Below are positions 53,401-64,000 of a stretch of 64,000 bases of DNA, piece by piece. Made by a program: the position numbers and the translations under genes. The notes below the pieces were generated by a model. The model searched no databases and was not told the origin of the DNA. It saw only the letters and a list, made by a program, of their open reading frames with translations. The stretch is taken from positions 496,001 to 560,000 of the forward strand of contig OZ237768.1 of the NCBI GenBank assembly GCA_965178125.1, in the 5' to 3' direction. Origin of the DNA: Bilabrum cf. latius. Its lineage: Eukaryota. Numbering within the stretch: position 1 is the first letter of the stretch; the number at the start of each line of letters is the position of its first letter.

Positions 53401-54730
53401 GTGCCATCAGCGCGGCGTCCACTGATCGATAGCACGCAATGTAAACGGCAGAGATGGAGCCCTCGCTAACGTGACCCGCTTGCCTGACCTGCAGGGCCCG
53501 CTAGACTAGGAGCCTTCGGTCGCTGGGGGAGAGGGACTCTATGGCCTAGTTCATCTCGTACAACGATACTGACTCCAAGCTACCAATCGACTCGAATTGA
53601 CGTGCCAGCTCTATCATGGTTCCTGTTGATGCCAACAGAACGGCTGGTAACCCATCTGCTCTGAAGCCAGTACTGCGTACCTATGAGCGTTTGGTGATTT
53701 CCCTTACGATGGAGGCGTCACAATTCATTACCCAGAGTGTCAGCTCCCGCAGTGCCCCCTTGGTCTTCAGGGCCTCCCCGAGCCAGCGAGCACCATCATC
53801 ACCCACCTTGGTGTTCCTGAGATCCAGCTACTGCAGGGCCCCGTTGGTCTTCAGGGCCTCCCCGAGCCAGCGAGCTCCATCATCACCCACCTTGGTGCCA
53901 CTGAGATCCAGCTACCGCTGGGCCACGTTGGTCTTCAGGGCCTCCCCGAGCCAGCGAGCCCCATAATCACCCACCTTGGTGCTCCTGAGATCCAGCTACC
54001 GCAGGGCCCCGTTGGTCTTCAGGGCCTCCCCGAGCCAGCGAGCACCATCATCACCCACCTTGGTGTAATTGAGACCCAGCTACTGCAGGGCCCCGTTGGT
54101 CTTCAGGGCGTCCCCAAGCCAGCGAGCCCCATCATCACCCACCTTGGTGCCACTGAGATCCAGCTACCGCAGGGTCCCGTTGGTCTTCAGGGCCTCCCCG
54201 AGCCAGCGAGCACCATCATCACCCACCTTGGTGTAATTGAGACCCAGCTACCGCAGGGTCCCGTTGGTCTTCAGGGCCTCCCCGAGCCAGCGAGCACCAT
54301 CATCACCCACCTTGGTGTAATTGAGACCCAGCTACAGCAGGGTCCCGTTGGTCTTCAGGGCCTCCCCGAGCCAGCGAGCACCATCATCACCCACCTTGGT
54401 GCCACTGAGATCCAGCTACCGCAGGGTCCCGTTGGTCTTCAGGGCCTCCCCGAGCCAGCGAGCACCATCATCACCCATATTGGTGCCGCCTAGATCTAGC
54501 TTCTGCAGCGTCAATATATGTTTAAGCAGACTTCCAAGGGCCCATATAGCCTGTTCAGGCATCTGGATGCCAATCATATCGAGAATTCGGGGATCTTGGC
54601 TTCGGTTCATTGCCATCAGGCATCCGATCCGCTCTTGCATCCACTTACGCATAGGCAACAAACGGGATCGGACTACACCATATAGATCCGGAGTGATTTC
54701 ATCGCTTGACGCTTCTCGGTGCGAACCCAT
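50444..54730 (-). CDS. LRR (ribonuclease-inhibitor type) + helical region + PINK1-like protein kinase (~1,430 aa); ~17 in-frame TAG
   Basis: ORFs 54416, 52298, 51086 and 50444 share one frame, with only TAG between them. Kinase motifs GDGVNGFVF, LAVKG, CPHIVPVLHSF, VMPRYPTSL, VHRDIKADN, DFG, RAPE, ADAWA. It ends at TGA. The start at ATG 54730 is tentative. Confidence 0.8.
53740..54510 (-). repeat. 84-bp tandem array encoding 28-aa LRR units (LR*LDLSGTKVGDDGARWLGEALKTNGT), about 9 near-identical copies
   Basis: Exact 84-nt periodicity. TAG sits in the same column at 53828, 53912, 53996, 54080, 54164, 54248, 54332 and 54416. Confidence 0.95.
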
Positions 54731-55604
54731 CGCTTGACGCTTCTCCTGGAGCCATTCTCGGCATAAAGATTGCAATAACTCTGCATGTCGTCCACGAATC
54801 TAGAATTATATGGACAATATTGAGATGTTGGCAAGCAATTGTCTCATTTATGTCTCATATTCATGTTGTGCTGACCCTCTTTACGCAACAGTTGAATCTT
54901 GGTTAGTCTGGTAGGGCTCACTAGCTCGTCTGCATCATAAAATGCAGGTTTACCACCACCAGATGTTTGGACTAGCTTTTGTTCGAGCAAAGATGGTATA
55001 AATAGAGACTTTTTCCGGCATGGTATGACACCTGACGGCACTCTCAATCGTGCCTCGAATCACCACCTATGTTGCCTAACAACGGATACAATACTTCGTA
55101 AGCAAAGTAGCGCGGCAAGATTTTCCATTCCGTTTACACCAATATGTCCTTAGCCTATTCGTAAAACCCTCGATAGCTAGATAAGGCGCTTGTACCTGGG
55201 CGGCTATGCCCGGCATCAGTGGGCCCACTTTTCCATAAATTGTCGCACGTAACTTCGATGGATTGGTCAAATTGATACAGTATATGGATCTATCTGTTTG
55301 TTTTTCTTATTCAAGGCAAGAATTGGTGGAGATTAGCGTTAATTGGAGGCATGAACCGGAAAGAGAGAAGCGTCAAGCGATGGGTTCGCCGACAGGCAGG
55401 CCTGCCAGAGCCCGCGAGACGCCAACTTTGTGTGGCCCGTACACTCAATCAAAGTGATTATACGGTGCTTAAGCGATCAATTATCAATATTTATTACTTA
55501 TTTTCCATCATGGTGTATAGTAAGTGTGCAATGCAGTCGAAATAGACTCACTACAAGGGACTGAAAACAGCCAGAAGCGTCAAGCGATGAAATCACTCCG
55601 GATC
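54685..55604. repeat. Nested inverted repeats around an AT-richer core (possible MITE-like element)
   Basis: 54685-54716 is the exact reverse complement of 55573-55604 (32 bp), and 54721-54745 of 55365-55389 (25 bp). All four arms share the core ATCGCTTGACGCTTCT. Confidence 0.7.
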
Positions 55605-57063
55605 CTTTTGTTGACTTGACCCGGCACCACATAGCTTCGCAAGCCGAGTGCGGATCGAGTCGATGGCTTCCCTCTCAGTAACGGGAAGAATCGGCCTCAC
55701 AATCCGCGAGTATTGCTCGAGTGTACGTTTAATAGCGAGCTAGTTGCACTCGTACCGTTTATGCTCTGCCTCGAGTGTTCCCAAATTGTGCTCTGCCCCC
55801 GCCCTCGAGATGTTATCATCAAGCGGCAGACACACCACGCATACCCGGGACAGCGGCTTAGAACTAGCTCCATTCCCTCGCTCGCGACCAGCCTCAATCA
55901 ATCTGCGAATCACGATTGGGCCTCCTCGCATAAAGCACACATACACGATGCGACGGAGGGAACTTGCGTCTGCAGAAGTTACAGCTGCACCGTCACTGGC
56001 GCCAGTACCGCTCGTCCCCCCCGCAGCAGCACCTCCAGCAGCACCCGCCTCCACACCCGCGGGCTCGTACTAATAGGCCCATCCGCGCAGCCACTCAGGG
56101 TTGTACAGAGTTATGTTCATGTGCTCACGCTGTGCCTGTCGCGTGCGCTCCACCGTGCTAATGGGCACGCCGGAATCGTACGTGTAGTTGATGGAATGGA
56201 TGCGGCCAGACCCCCTCAGCGCCTTGAGTCCGATTATTTCCAACTTATCTCGGCCGAAGACCGCCCGATGGCACCTGTGCTACCACTCTGATGGGGCGCT
56301 GGACGGGTTGATGGGCGAGTAGCGGTATCCGAAGTAATTATCCTCCGTAAGGTCCTTGTAGGCGATGTGGGGGTCGCAGCCCGTCTCGGCCCCATGTGGC
56401 GGCATCACGGCTATTTTTGGTTTATTGGGCCAGGCTTGAGCAGAAAGGCGAGCAACGGCTTCCAAAAGGCAGTGCATGACCTGGGATCGATTCATGCCAT
56501 CATGGCACACGGGAACGACGATGTCCCCCGGCCGCAACAGCGCGATCTGTCGAGCCATGAGCGGCCCGGTTGCATCAGGGTACCCATTCGGCCCTGGTTC
56601 AGGAAATATAGACTCTTCGTCATCCGTCACGCGAATCTGCAAGATGACGAAGAGTCGGAGACATTCGGCAGTTTGTGATAGAGACGGCGCACAAAGCAAC
56701 AACATGCACTTAACATTCGAAGAATCAACAATAAGAAATAATCGCATCTTGTGGGAGCGGCAAATAATGCCTAAATTCGCACGTTCTTGTAAAGCACCAT
56801 GGCTGAGATCCTGGCTGTCGACAAACCACGCCAATTCTCACAGTCCCCCCAAGGCTTTGAAAGCAGTCGGTCTAACTCTTCAGGTACTCATGATTTTCGC
56901 GTATCAGTTCGGCGTAGCGCTCGAGCCTAGCCTGATCAAGACCAGTCTTGGACAAGATGTCTAATCCCTCCAGATCCAGGCCCGGGATCTAGTTGACAAT
57001 AACGTGAGTCCCCTCAACCTCAGGGAAAGTAGATTCATGAACTGTTGCACCTTGACTAGCCAT
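55593..57063 (-). CDS. CX5R-motif phosphatase-like protein (~421 aa); 5 in-frame TAG
   Basis: Exons 57063-56842 and 56636-55593 (intron 56637-56841, GTGAGA..CAG). Contains IVVPVCHDGMNRSQV, a beta-strand followed by C-X5-R-S as in the P-loop of LMW-PTP/arsenate reductase/Ssu72-type enzymes. It ends at TGA. Confidence 0.65.
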
Positions 57064-57413
57064 ATTGTAGTAAATCAACCACTGTTCCAGTGAAGCAGAG
57101 CTTGAAAAAGATCGTGCGTCGACCGTCGACGTTTGCCATGTTAGCGAACGTTCTTCGATGTCAAAACCTTCGGCAAAGGCGAACACAATTCAAAACTCCG
57201 TACTTCGCTCTCGACAAACAGTCATTCACAATTCCACTCCTCCTTGACAATCACCCCGAAGGCCCCCTTCACCTCCAGAAGTGCTGTTAACAAGTGCACG
57301 GCCCTCCATACCATGGGATAGACCTATGAGCGATTAGCAGAATATCTCCTTACTGAGGACAGGCGTACCTCAGGAATGTCAGGGTGGGACATGGGAGTGC
57401 CCCTAGAAATTCC

Positions 57414-60400
57414 TCATACATCACCTCCAGCGGTTGCAGCGGGCTAGTGACCACCTTCCTAGATCCCCAGCAAGTCAGCAAGCGCGGTGCAGCACGCCTG
57501 CATGTAGGCAGATGCCCCATCACGCGCAAATACGCTCCGGCGCAGGTGCCTGTCCCACACGCTTGCCTCTCCTGGGAGCAAGAACAGCATACCACTGCGA
57601 GAAACTGCACCGGCTTCGACGTCTGCCACCGGTGCCACCGATTTCATGGTGCCGATGGTGGGTGCCTGCAGCAGAGACATCAGTGCTGCCTCCGCTCCTG
57701 TTCGCCCCATGGATGACGCGGCACCTGACGCTGCCAACCCATGCGGTGCATCGCCGCTCTAGAGTGCAGAGGGGGGCAGGAACTCGTGAGCACCAGCAAG
57801 TCCCAGTGAAAGCGAGTTCGCCTGCTGGTTGCTGCTGCAGGCCACCGAGCTGTCAGAAACGCAGCGCCGCAGCTCATATGACATCGTGCTGTCCTCGCGC
57901 ATCAGGGGCTATCGCATACCACCGTTGATAGAGAAGGAGTCTTGCCGCTGTAATTGAGGCGGGCGTACTTGCTGCTCCTGGGCGTACGCTTCGGCCGAAT
58001 CGGGCCGGTCGCTGTCTGGCGTGTGGTAACCGTCCAGCCCTCCAGCGATCTCTCTCGTCACCGGCTCGATCGCTTCATCGGCGTGGTCCAAAGCGACCAC
58101 GTGGTCCACAACGAATCGAGCTGCAGCCTCCCTGCTGGATGCCACATGAGCCACATCCGCCGTGGTTGTAGGCCCGTACAGTGCCGCAACCAGGGCCATG
58201 CACGCTTTTTTCGAGCTCAGTCGGCGGGAGGGGTCCCCCTGCAGCAGGCCTCGCAGCACCGCCTTGATCACGTCGCCGCACACTGAGTGGTGTGTCGTGT
58301 CATCGTGCTCATCCACCGGATCAGGAAGGTCCCCGTTGGAGTATATCCGGGTCGTATCGGGAAACGGCTTGCGAGTCACCCGCCCCTCCAGCCTCCACGG
58401 AAGCGACTTCCGAATCAGATCCCAGATGAGCCTGGCTGCGGCCCACGGCTCTGAGGACGTCATCACATCAGCCATTGGCTTGTCTCCCACCACTGTAGCT
58501 GCATCTTGACCAGTGCTCACCCCGGCAAGCGCGATGATTTCCGGTGCCCGCGTGCAGAAAGCACCGCCAACGTTGTTGTCCTGCTGCACTTCCGTAAAAG
58601 TAAGTGCCTGTGCTCCTGGAGCAGCCATCAAGAATGGGCCTCCTCTATCGGGATGCATGCGACTTCCTGGTGCAGGCGTGGTCCCTGCTGCACCTGCTGC
58701 TCCTGCTGCACCTTCTGCTCCTGCTGCTCCTGCTGCACCACCGCCCTGGGCCTGTGTATGCCCGCTTTCTGATCCCTGTCCAGAGGCACCATCACTTTCA
58801 TTGTACATCACGCAGGCCTCGCCAAAGTCTCCGAGTACAACCCGACCGTCCTGTGTCAGGAACACGTTGTCTGCCTTGATATCCCGGTGCGCAACCCCGC
58901 GGGCGATGGAGTGCTGGATCGCCTCGAGCAGCTGCAGCAGCCACAGGCACAGCAGTCGCTAGCTGAGACCATGTGCACCATCATCCAGTATAGATAAAAC
59001 GGTTTCAAGACTTGCCGGATACCGATGAAATACGCTCCAGCGCGTGCGATCAGCGATTGCTCTGCCTGCGGTTTCAAGCCACCCAGACCCGATCCACGGA
59101 ACCATAAGCTGGATAGATCCCGTGAAAGAGTGCCGCACTTGCGCTACATTTGGATGCGGGGCCAGGCAGGGCGACATGCTCGGGGCGATATCTAGCGAGC
59201 TCGCAACTGACGATGCATCCTCATGTTCGGTGACATCTCGTTGGGGAAGGGAAGTGCGCCGCTCCTGGCCCTGCTGGCTTGCCATAGGAGAAATTTCCCC
59301 ACGAAGCCAGAGCAAAGGATCTCTGAAGAAGCGGTCGTCGAAATCGTCACTTTCCCGGGCCAGCAAATTGTCAATCAGCTCTTCTTTGCGGAATATATCT
59401 TCTGCCTCGGCATCTGGGTCGAGATCCGGAGGTGCATCTCTGCCAGCCTGCATGCCGCGATGCACGCGATTCAGGGGAAGGCCTCCGCGCAACACGGCGT
59501 GATTCACAACGGATCGACTCGCACTGCTTTTAGACTGCAGCGAAGTTTCGTCTCTGTCTGGTGCTTCGCGGTGCCGACTAATAGGATCAAGTGAATGCCC
59601 AATGTAGCGAATCGCAAACACCACGGCATTGCAGCCCTCCCTTCGAGAGGTGCCGTCTGCCGGGTCGCTGACTGGCCTGGCCCTCCCAGTCTGCAGCTGT
59701 GTCTCGTGCTCTCTTGGATGCGTTCCCGGGGGGAATCTAACTTCCTGTGCCTGACCCCTGGCGCCATCACGGGCGTCAACGACTCTGAATTTCCCATGGC
59801 AGAGCGTGCTCTCGAGCTCGTGCACTGTGCCAACAGACCCCAGGTCAATCGTACCGCATCTGAGATACTGGATGCGTGGATGCGATGCCGTCCAGTCTCC
59901 TCTGAGATTTGGAGGCAAAGCCAGTTGTTCTGTGGTCCTGATCACGCTGTAGTAATGTCTCCATCGCCGTACAGCTCTGTGCCTGGCTCTAGCTAGCGTT
60001 GCAACCACCACATCTGGCTTGTCCTAGTCGGCCGATGTACCAGTCAATCTGGGTCGCACACTAGTTTCTGCTGATATCCACGCCGTTGTGAGCTGCTCAG
60101 CTGTGGGAGGCTATTTCTGGCTCTCGGTTTTCTCTCCCCGGTCCATGAGTAGCTGGTACAGGGGCAGTTTGGAGGACCTGTCGTACAGCCGCTGGCCAAG
60201 GACCTGCCTTGTGAGTGACTTTGCTCCACTTGTCAAGTCTGCAGTGGCTTCATCACACGCAAGTTGCGTGCCAAGCTAGACTGCAAACCAAAGAGCTACT
60301 AGCACAACTAGGCACTGCATGGCAGTTAACATCACCGTCTGCAGGTTCCAAGACCATAACCCGCTGGAGTACACCACGTACTCTATAGCAACAATGGGAA

Positions 60401-62885
60401 GGAGGGCGATGAACTCCGTGGCTACTGCACCTCTATACTCGACCAGACCCAAGGGAATCCACGAGAGTGAATTAGTACAGAATCGCGACCTGAGTGAGGC
60501 AACGAGTCGCAGCACAATGGCAGTGCCTTCGATTGCAATGATCACAGCTAGCATCCAAGAGGCAGGCGCAGATGCAGACATCCCGAACATGACCACAGCA
60601 ACCGAATGCCCATGGAGTGCCACTGCTGGGACAAATTGAACAGCAGGCACGACGGCAAAGCCAGCCCCAGTTACTGCAAGCATCGCCACTGTCTATACGC
60701 TGTCAGCGACAGCAGTGCTGAACAGCATACCTGGCGTGCATCTGCGTGCCTGGCACACCGAGGTCACATTGCCAGCACCAGCAAACCTCGTGTTGGATTG
60801 CTCATTGCATGCAGTTTCAAGCATGCCGGCGTATCGATGCCAGAGAGAACTGCCTCCGTACAGGTCCTGCGCGTCAGCTGGCCCAAATGGCGCTCTGCAT
60901 TTGATGCACTGGCCAGTCTCACAAGAGGCGCATCTGTCGTCACACACCAGGTATGGGTAGTTGAAACCGCTTGGAGATGGCGATGGAGTCTGGGAAGAAC
61001 CTGGCGTTGGCTTCTGGCTGGGTGAGCAACTGGGACTACCAGATGCAGAGGGAGTCGGCGATACAAATGGAACCTGCGGAAAACACACCTGACACAATTT
61101 AACGTAGCGATGCCATTTAAAATATGCTTCAGATCATACGATTGCAATGATATTATCACACATCAAGATATATTTTTGCCGTTTCGGACTCACATGAGAT
61201 ATTGCAGGGGTTCTAGTTGGGCTGCCTGAAGTTGTCGTTGTTGGCACCGGAGACGCCGTGGTCGTCGTGTTGGGCGTGGACGATGGAGACGGTGCAGCCG
61301 GGGATGCCGTGGTCGTCGTGCTGGGCGTGGACGATGGAGACGGTGCAGCCGGGGATGCCGTGGTCGTCGTGTTGGGCGTAGGCGATGGAGACGGTGCAGC
61401 CGGGGATGCCGTGGTCGTCGTGTTGGGCGTGGACGATGGAGACGGTGCAGCCGGGGATGCCGTGGTCGTCGTGTTGGGCGTGGACGATGGAGACGGTGCA
61501 GCCGGGGATGCCGTGGTCGTCGTGTTGGGCGTGGACGATGGAGACGGTGCAGCTGGGGACGGCGATGGCGACGGCGGTGGCTTTGTGCCGAAACCAAGCA
61601 TCGTTCCACCGGTAGTTACGACCACGCCGCTGGTCTAATCCGGACCAATGATAGATCCGTACTGCACCTGATCGCCAGCGGCAAGCTGCAGCCCCACGTC
61701 CCAATCGACCAACTTCTGGCTCGTGTCAATGTGATTGACCTGCCCTTGCTCGGTTGTTACGAAGAGGTTGTAGCAATAGTCGCATCCTTTCACTTTTGAA
61801 GAGGACATGATGGGGGCGATGGTGCTTGACCCCAAGGCCTTCCATTGGTCGTTATAGTCGATCTCTTTGCCAATTACACCATCCATGCCCCCAGTTATCA
61901 GATATTCCCCTAATATGAGTACCTGAGCGCCTGAAAGCTACCAAGGGCTGTAAGTTGCGCCGAGTGACTTCCCATTTGATTTCTTGAAGCACTCCATGAT
62001 GTTGGGCGTGCACCACCCTCCCCGCACCCGCTGGCCCTGCTGATGCGTCGTTGTCAGCGTCCCGAGGACGTGGCATACCCCTGGCGTGTCTCTGAATACT
62101 ACGGGCAAAATAGCCTCGTATGCGTCGAAACCGTCTTTGCCCGCTGGACTGTGGGACCATAATAGGGTTCCGCTCGCAAGATCGAAGGCCTTGACGGTTC
62201 TTGCCGCGCCTACGAAGACCGTGCCGCCTTCCACCAGAGGCGTGACCGCGTTGGTGATAAGAGGAGCGTAGCTACCGTCCGAACGGTCCCGAATGTTTGC
62301 GATCTGTTGCTGCCAGAGAAGCTTGCCTTCGTTTTTGGAGACCTTGTATAGGACACAGCCAGCCACTGCAAGCACAGAGTCGCCAGCGTCAACCGGTGGA
62401 GCGGCCGGATTATCTGGAATAGCCTCATTTCCCAGCGTCCAAATCTGCTCTCCCGACTTGGCATCCCAGGCAATAAGTGCAGAGTTTTGGTCCTAGCCGC
62501 AAAGTGTGTAGACGGTACCGCCGTCTGTCGATAGCGTCGCTCCACTAGTTGGGCCGCATGCGCTCTTGAAGTCCTTCTCCCACTTGATCCGTCCAGACAC
62601 AGGATCAAGCAAGAACAACGTGTCCGGCTTTAGATCATCATTCCAAGTGGTCACAGCCACCGAATCCGCGTCGATTGAAGGAATTGTAAGCGAGGGTCCA
62701 AGCTTGACTTCCCACTGCTATTTTGGATCTGCAGTAAGTGCTCGCTCCTTGAACCGAAAAGCCATGGTGTTGTTTTTTCTCAGGTGTTCTGCACATGACG
62801 AACCAATCAGATACGAGACAAGGACAGCCAAGACGTACGAATGGGTCAGGGTTTTGCTTGATTTCGCTACCGTGTTCAATCGCAT
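57414..62885 (-). CDS. Receptor-like protein (~1,783 aa): signal peptide, PQQ/BamB-like beta-propeller, mucin-like stalk, Cys-rich segment, TM helices and PINK1-like kinase; ~13 in-frame TAG
   Basis: ORFs 61938, 61635, 61134, 60693, 60276, 58959, 57909 and 57459 share one frame. One intron (61074-61193, GTGAGT..CAG) removes the only internal TGA. Propeller motifs LDPVSGRIKW, AWDAKSGEQIW, AFDLASGTLLW. Kinase motifs EGCNAVVF, LAPHPNV, YPASL, LLQLLEA, AHRDIKADN, DFG, RAPE. It ends at TGA 57414. Confidence 0.8.
61255..61560 (-). repeat. 51-bp tandem repeat x6 encoding AAPSPSSTPNTTTTASP (mucin-like stalk)
   Basis: Six near-identical units starting at 61255, 61306, 61357, 61408, 61459 and 61510. 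Confidence 0.92.
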
Positions 62886-63157
62886 GGTACCAATTGTTTG
62901 GGCAAGTTCATCTGCAGCTGTTCATGGATTGCTGCAATGGTGAGAAAGCCAAAAACATTCCACCCGTGACGCCACTGGCACTCTTCATCTTCGGGAATTG
63001 GTACCAGCCAAAGCAGATTCTGCAGGAAGCGACATGCGTGGTGCTAGACTGTGTGTTGACACTCAATGAATTGATCCAGGCAAATATCAGCTGCTCACAA
63101 AACTATCATCGATAAGACCTGCTATGTATCCTCAATGCAGCGCTATCGCACTGGCAC

Positions 63158-64000
63158 TCACTGCCTCCACTCGCCCGGCAGGCCGTCTTCGTCCCCATCC
63201 CCCACCCCCACCCCCACCCGACTCAAGTCAGTCACGTCTCCATAAGGGTCAGGGTCTGATCTGGGCAAGCCACTGCCGCTACCACTGCCAGTGGCTACTG
63301 AGTGGTCATGCCCTGTGTCCTCTCGCGAGCTAGTCTGTCTGCCAGTGGTCACGTCATGCCCTTCGCCAGCACCCAATGGCAGCTCACTCGTCACAGCCCA
63401 CCTAGACACGTCCTTGTCGTGTATCCCACTACTGCCTGCACCATTCCGGTCCAGTCCCACCGCTCGACGAACCTTCTCCGAATGTTCCTTGAGCTCGGAC
63501 AGAGCTCCCGTCCACACGTGCGACAGCGTCTGGGCGCCTTCACGAACCTTCGATCGCGCGACTGACGCCGCCTCCATCCCGGCCTCTTCTGCCTTCGCCA
63601 CTGCGGTGGATGCAATGGTTCCGCTGGCCAATGCGCGGCGCCCCAGGGGTCCCTTAGCGGCTGCAGTCGCCTCGTCGTCGGCTGCACCACCGCCTCTTGA
63701 ATCTTCTTGCGCGTCCCTGATCCGCCGTCTGGATTCTTCGATGCTAGCTCTGGCTTTAACCTGAGAATCGGACCCGGAGTGACCGAAATCAGCCCTGGAG
63801 ATTTGTCGCTCGGTCCCTGCCTGCCCCACAGCGGCAAGCACGCCGGCAGAAACCGCCGTCGCTGCTCGGAATCGCCAAGGAAAATATCTAACTTGGTGCG
63901 TCCAGTTACGAGCTGCAAATTTGAATGGAAGCAAACGGCAGTAAATACTCGGACTATGGCTTGATTGGGCATCGACCGATCCAAAGCACATGCCGCAGTG
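63158..64000 (-). CDS. 3' part of a hypothetical protein (5' end outside the window)
   Basis: ORF 63158..63991 has Ala/Glu/Arg-rich helical composition and ends at TGA. Its first ~130 nt look intron-like. No family was recognised. Confidence 0.5.
   Translation of the reverse strand, partial: HCGMCFGSVDAQSSHSPSIYCRLLPFKFAARNWTHQVRYFPWRFRAATAVSAGVLAAVGQAGTERQISRADFGHSGSDSQVKARASIEESRRRIRDAQEDSRGGGAADDEATAAAKGPLGRRALASGTIASTAVAKAEEAGMEAASVARSKVREGAQTLSHVWTGALSELKEHSEKVRRAVGLDRNGAGSSGIHDKDVSRWAVTSELPLGAGEGHDVTTGRQTSSREDTGHDHSVATGSGSGSGLPRSDPDPYGDVTDLSRVGVGVGDGDEDGLPGEWRQ

Noticed and set aside
53740-54510. CRISPR-like array
   Set aside because: The units are contiguous 84-bp coding repeats with no unique spacers and translate as LRRs.
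54746-55560. Endogenous virus/virophage or transposase fragment in the AT-richer stretch
   Set aside because: Only short ORFs with no recognisable motifs, and the region is under 1 kb.
1-64000. Cluster of pseudogenes or sequencing errors explaining the internal stops
   Set aside because: Decay or error would give TAA, TGA and frameshifts too. Only TAG occurs, in every fully reconstructed gene, including conserved housekeeping genes with intact motifs and splice sites.
1-64000. Ciliate-type code (TAA and TAG both Gln) or all-stops-reassigned code
   Set aside because: No in-frame TAA or TGA was found in any reconstructed exon, and both codons occur at gene ends.
1-64000. Pyrrolysine, phage/bacterial amber recoding, or A-to-I editing of UAG to Trp
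   Set aside because: The DNA is clearly eukaryotic (spliceosomal introns, SNARE, NSE1). TAG sites are dispersed polar surface positions, not catalytic or Trp columns. U-to-C editing cannot be excluded without RNA data but is less parsimonious.
1-64000. tRNA (including a CUA suppressor) or rRNA genes
   Set aside because: No cloverleaf or rRNA-like sequence was recognised by eye in the short intergenic regions; a covariance-model scan would be needed to be certain.

Overview
GC-rich, gene-dense eukaryotic (protist-like, probably flagellated) nuclear DNA with short GT-AG introns. The main signal is a non-standard genetic code. In every gene I could reconstruct in full, the ORF-track fragments are same-frame pieces separated only by TAG (more than 80 in-frame TAGs by manual count, no frameshifts), and I found no internal TAA or TGA in the exons. 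Genes end at TGA or TAA. TAG therefore behaves as a sense codon for a polar residue (Gln favoured, Glu not excluded) while TAA remains a stop, so UAG and UAA are uncoupled. Read this way the window holds about 12 genes: a partial hypothetical gene, a ~5,560-aa adenylate kinase 9-like protein, a ~5,380-aa membrane class III (probably guanylyl) cyclase, VAMP7, a CANT1-type apyrase, NSE1, an ankyrin/coiled-coil protein, a Cys-rich multi-pass membrane protein, an LRR + PINK1-like kinase, a CX5R phosphatase-like protein, a PQQ-propeller/mucin/TM + PINK1-like kinase, and a partial gene at the right edge. There is also a nested inverted-repeat element at 54685-55604. All translations and family assignments are by eye and from memory of family motifs; no database search was run.
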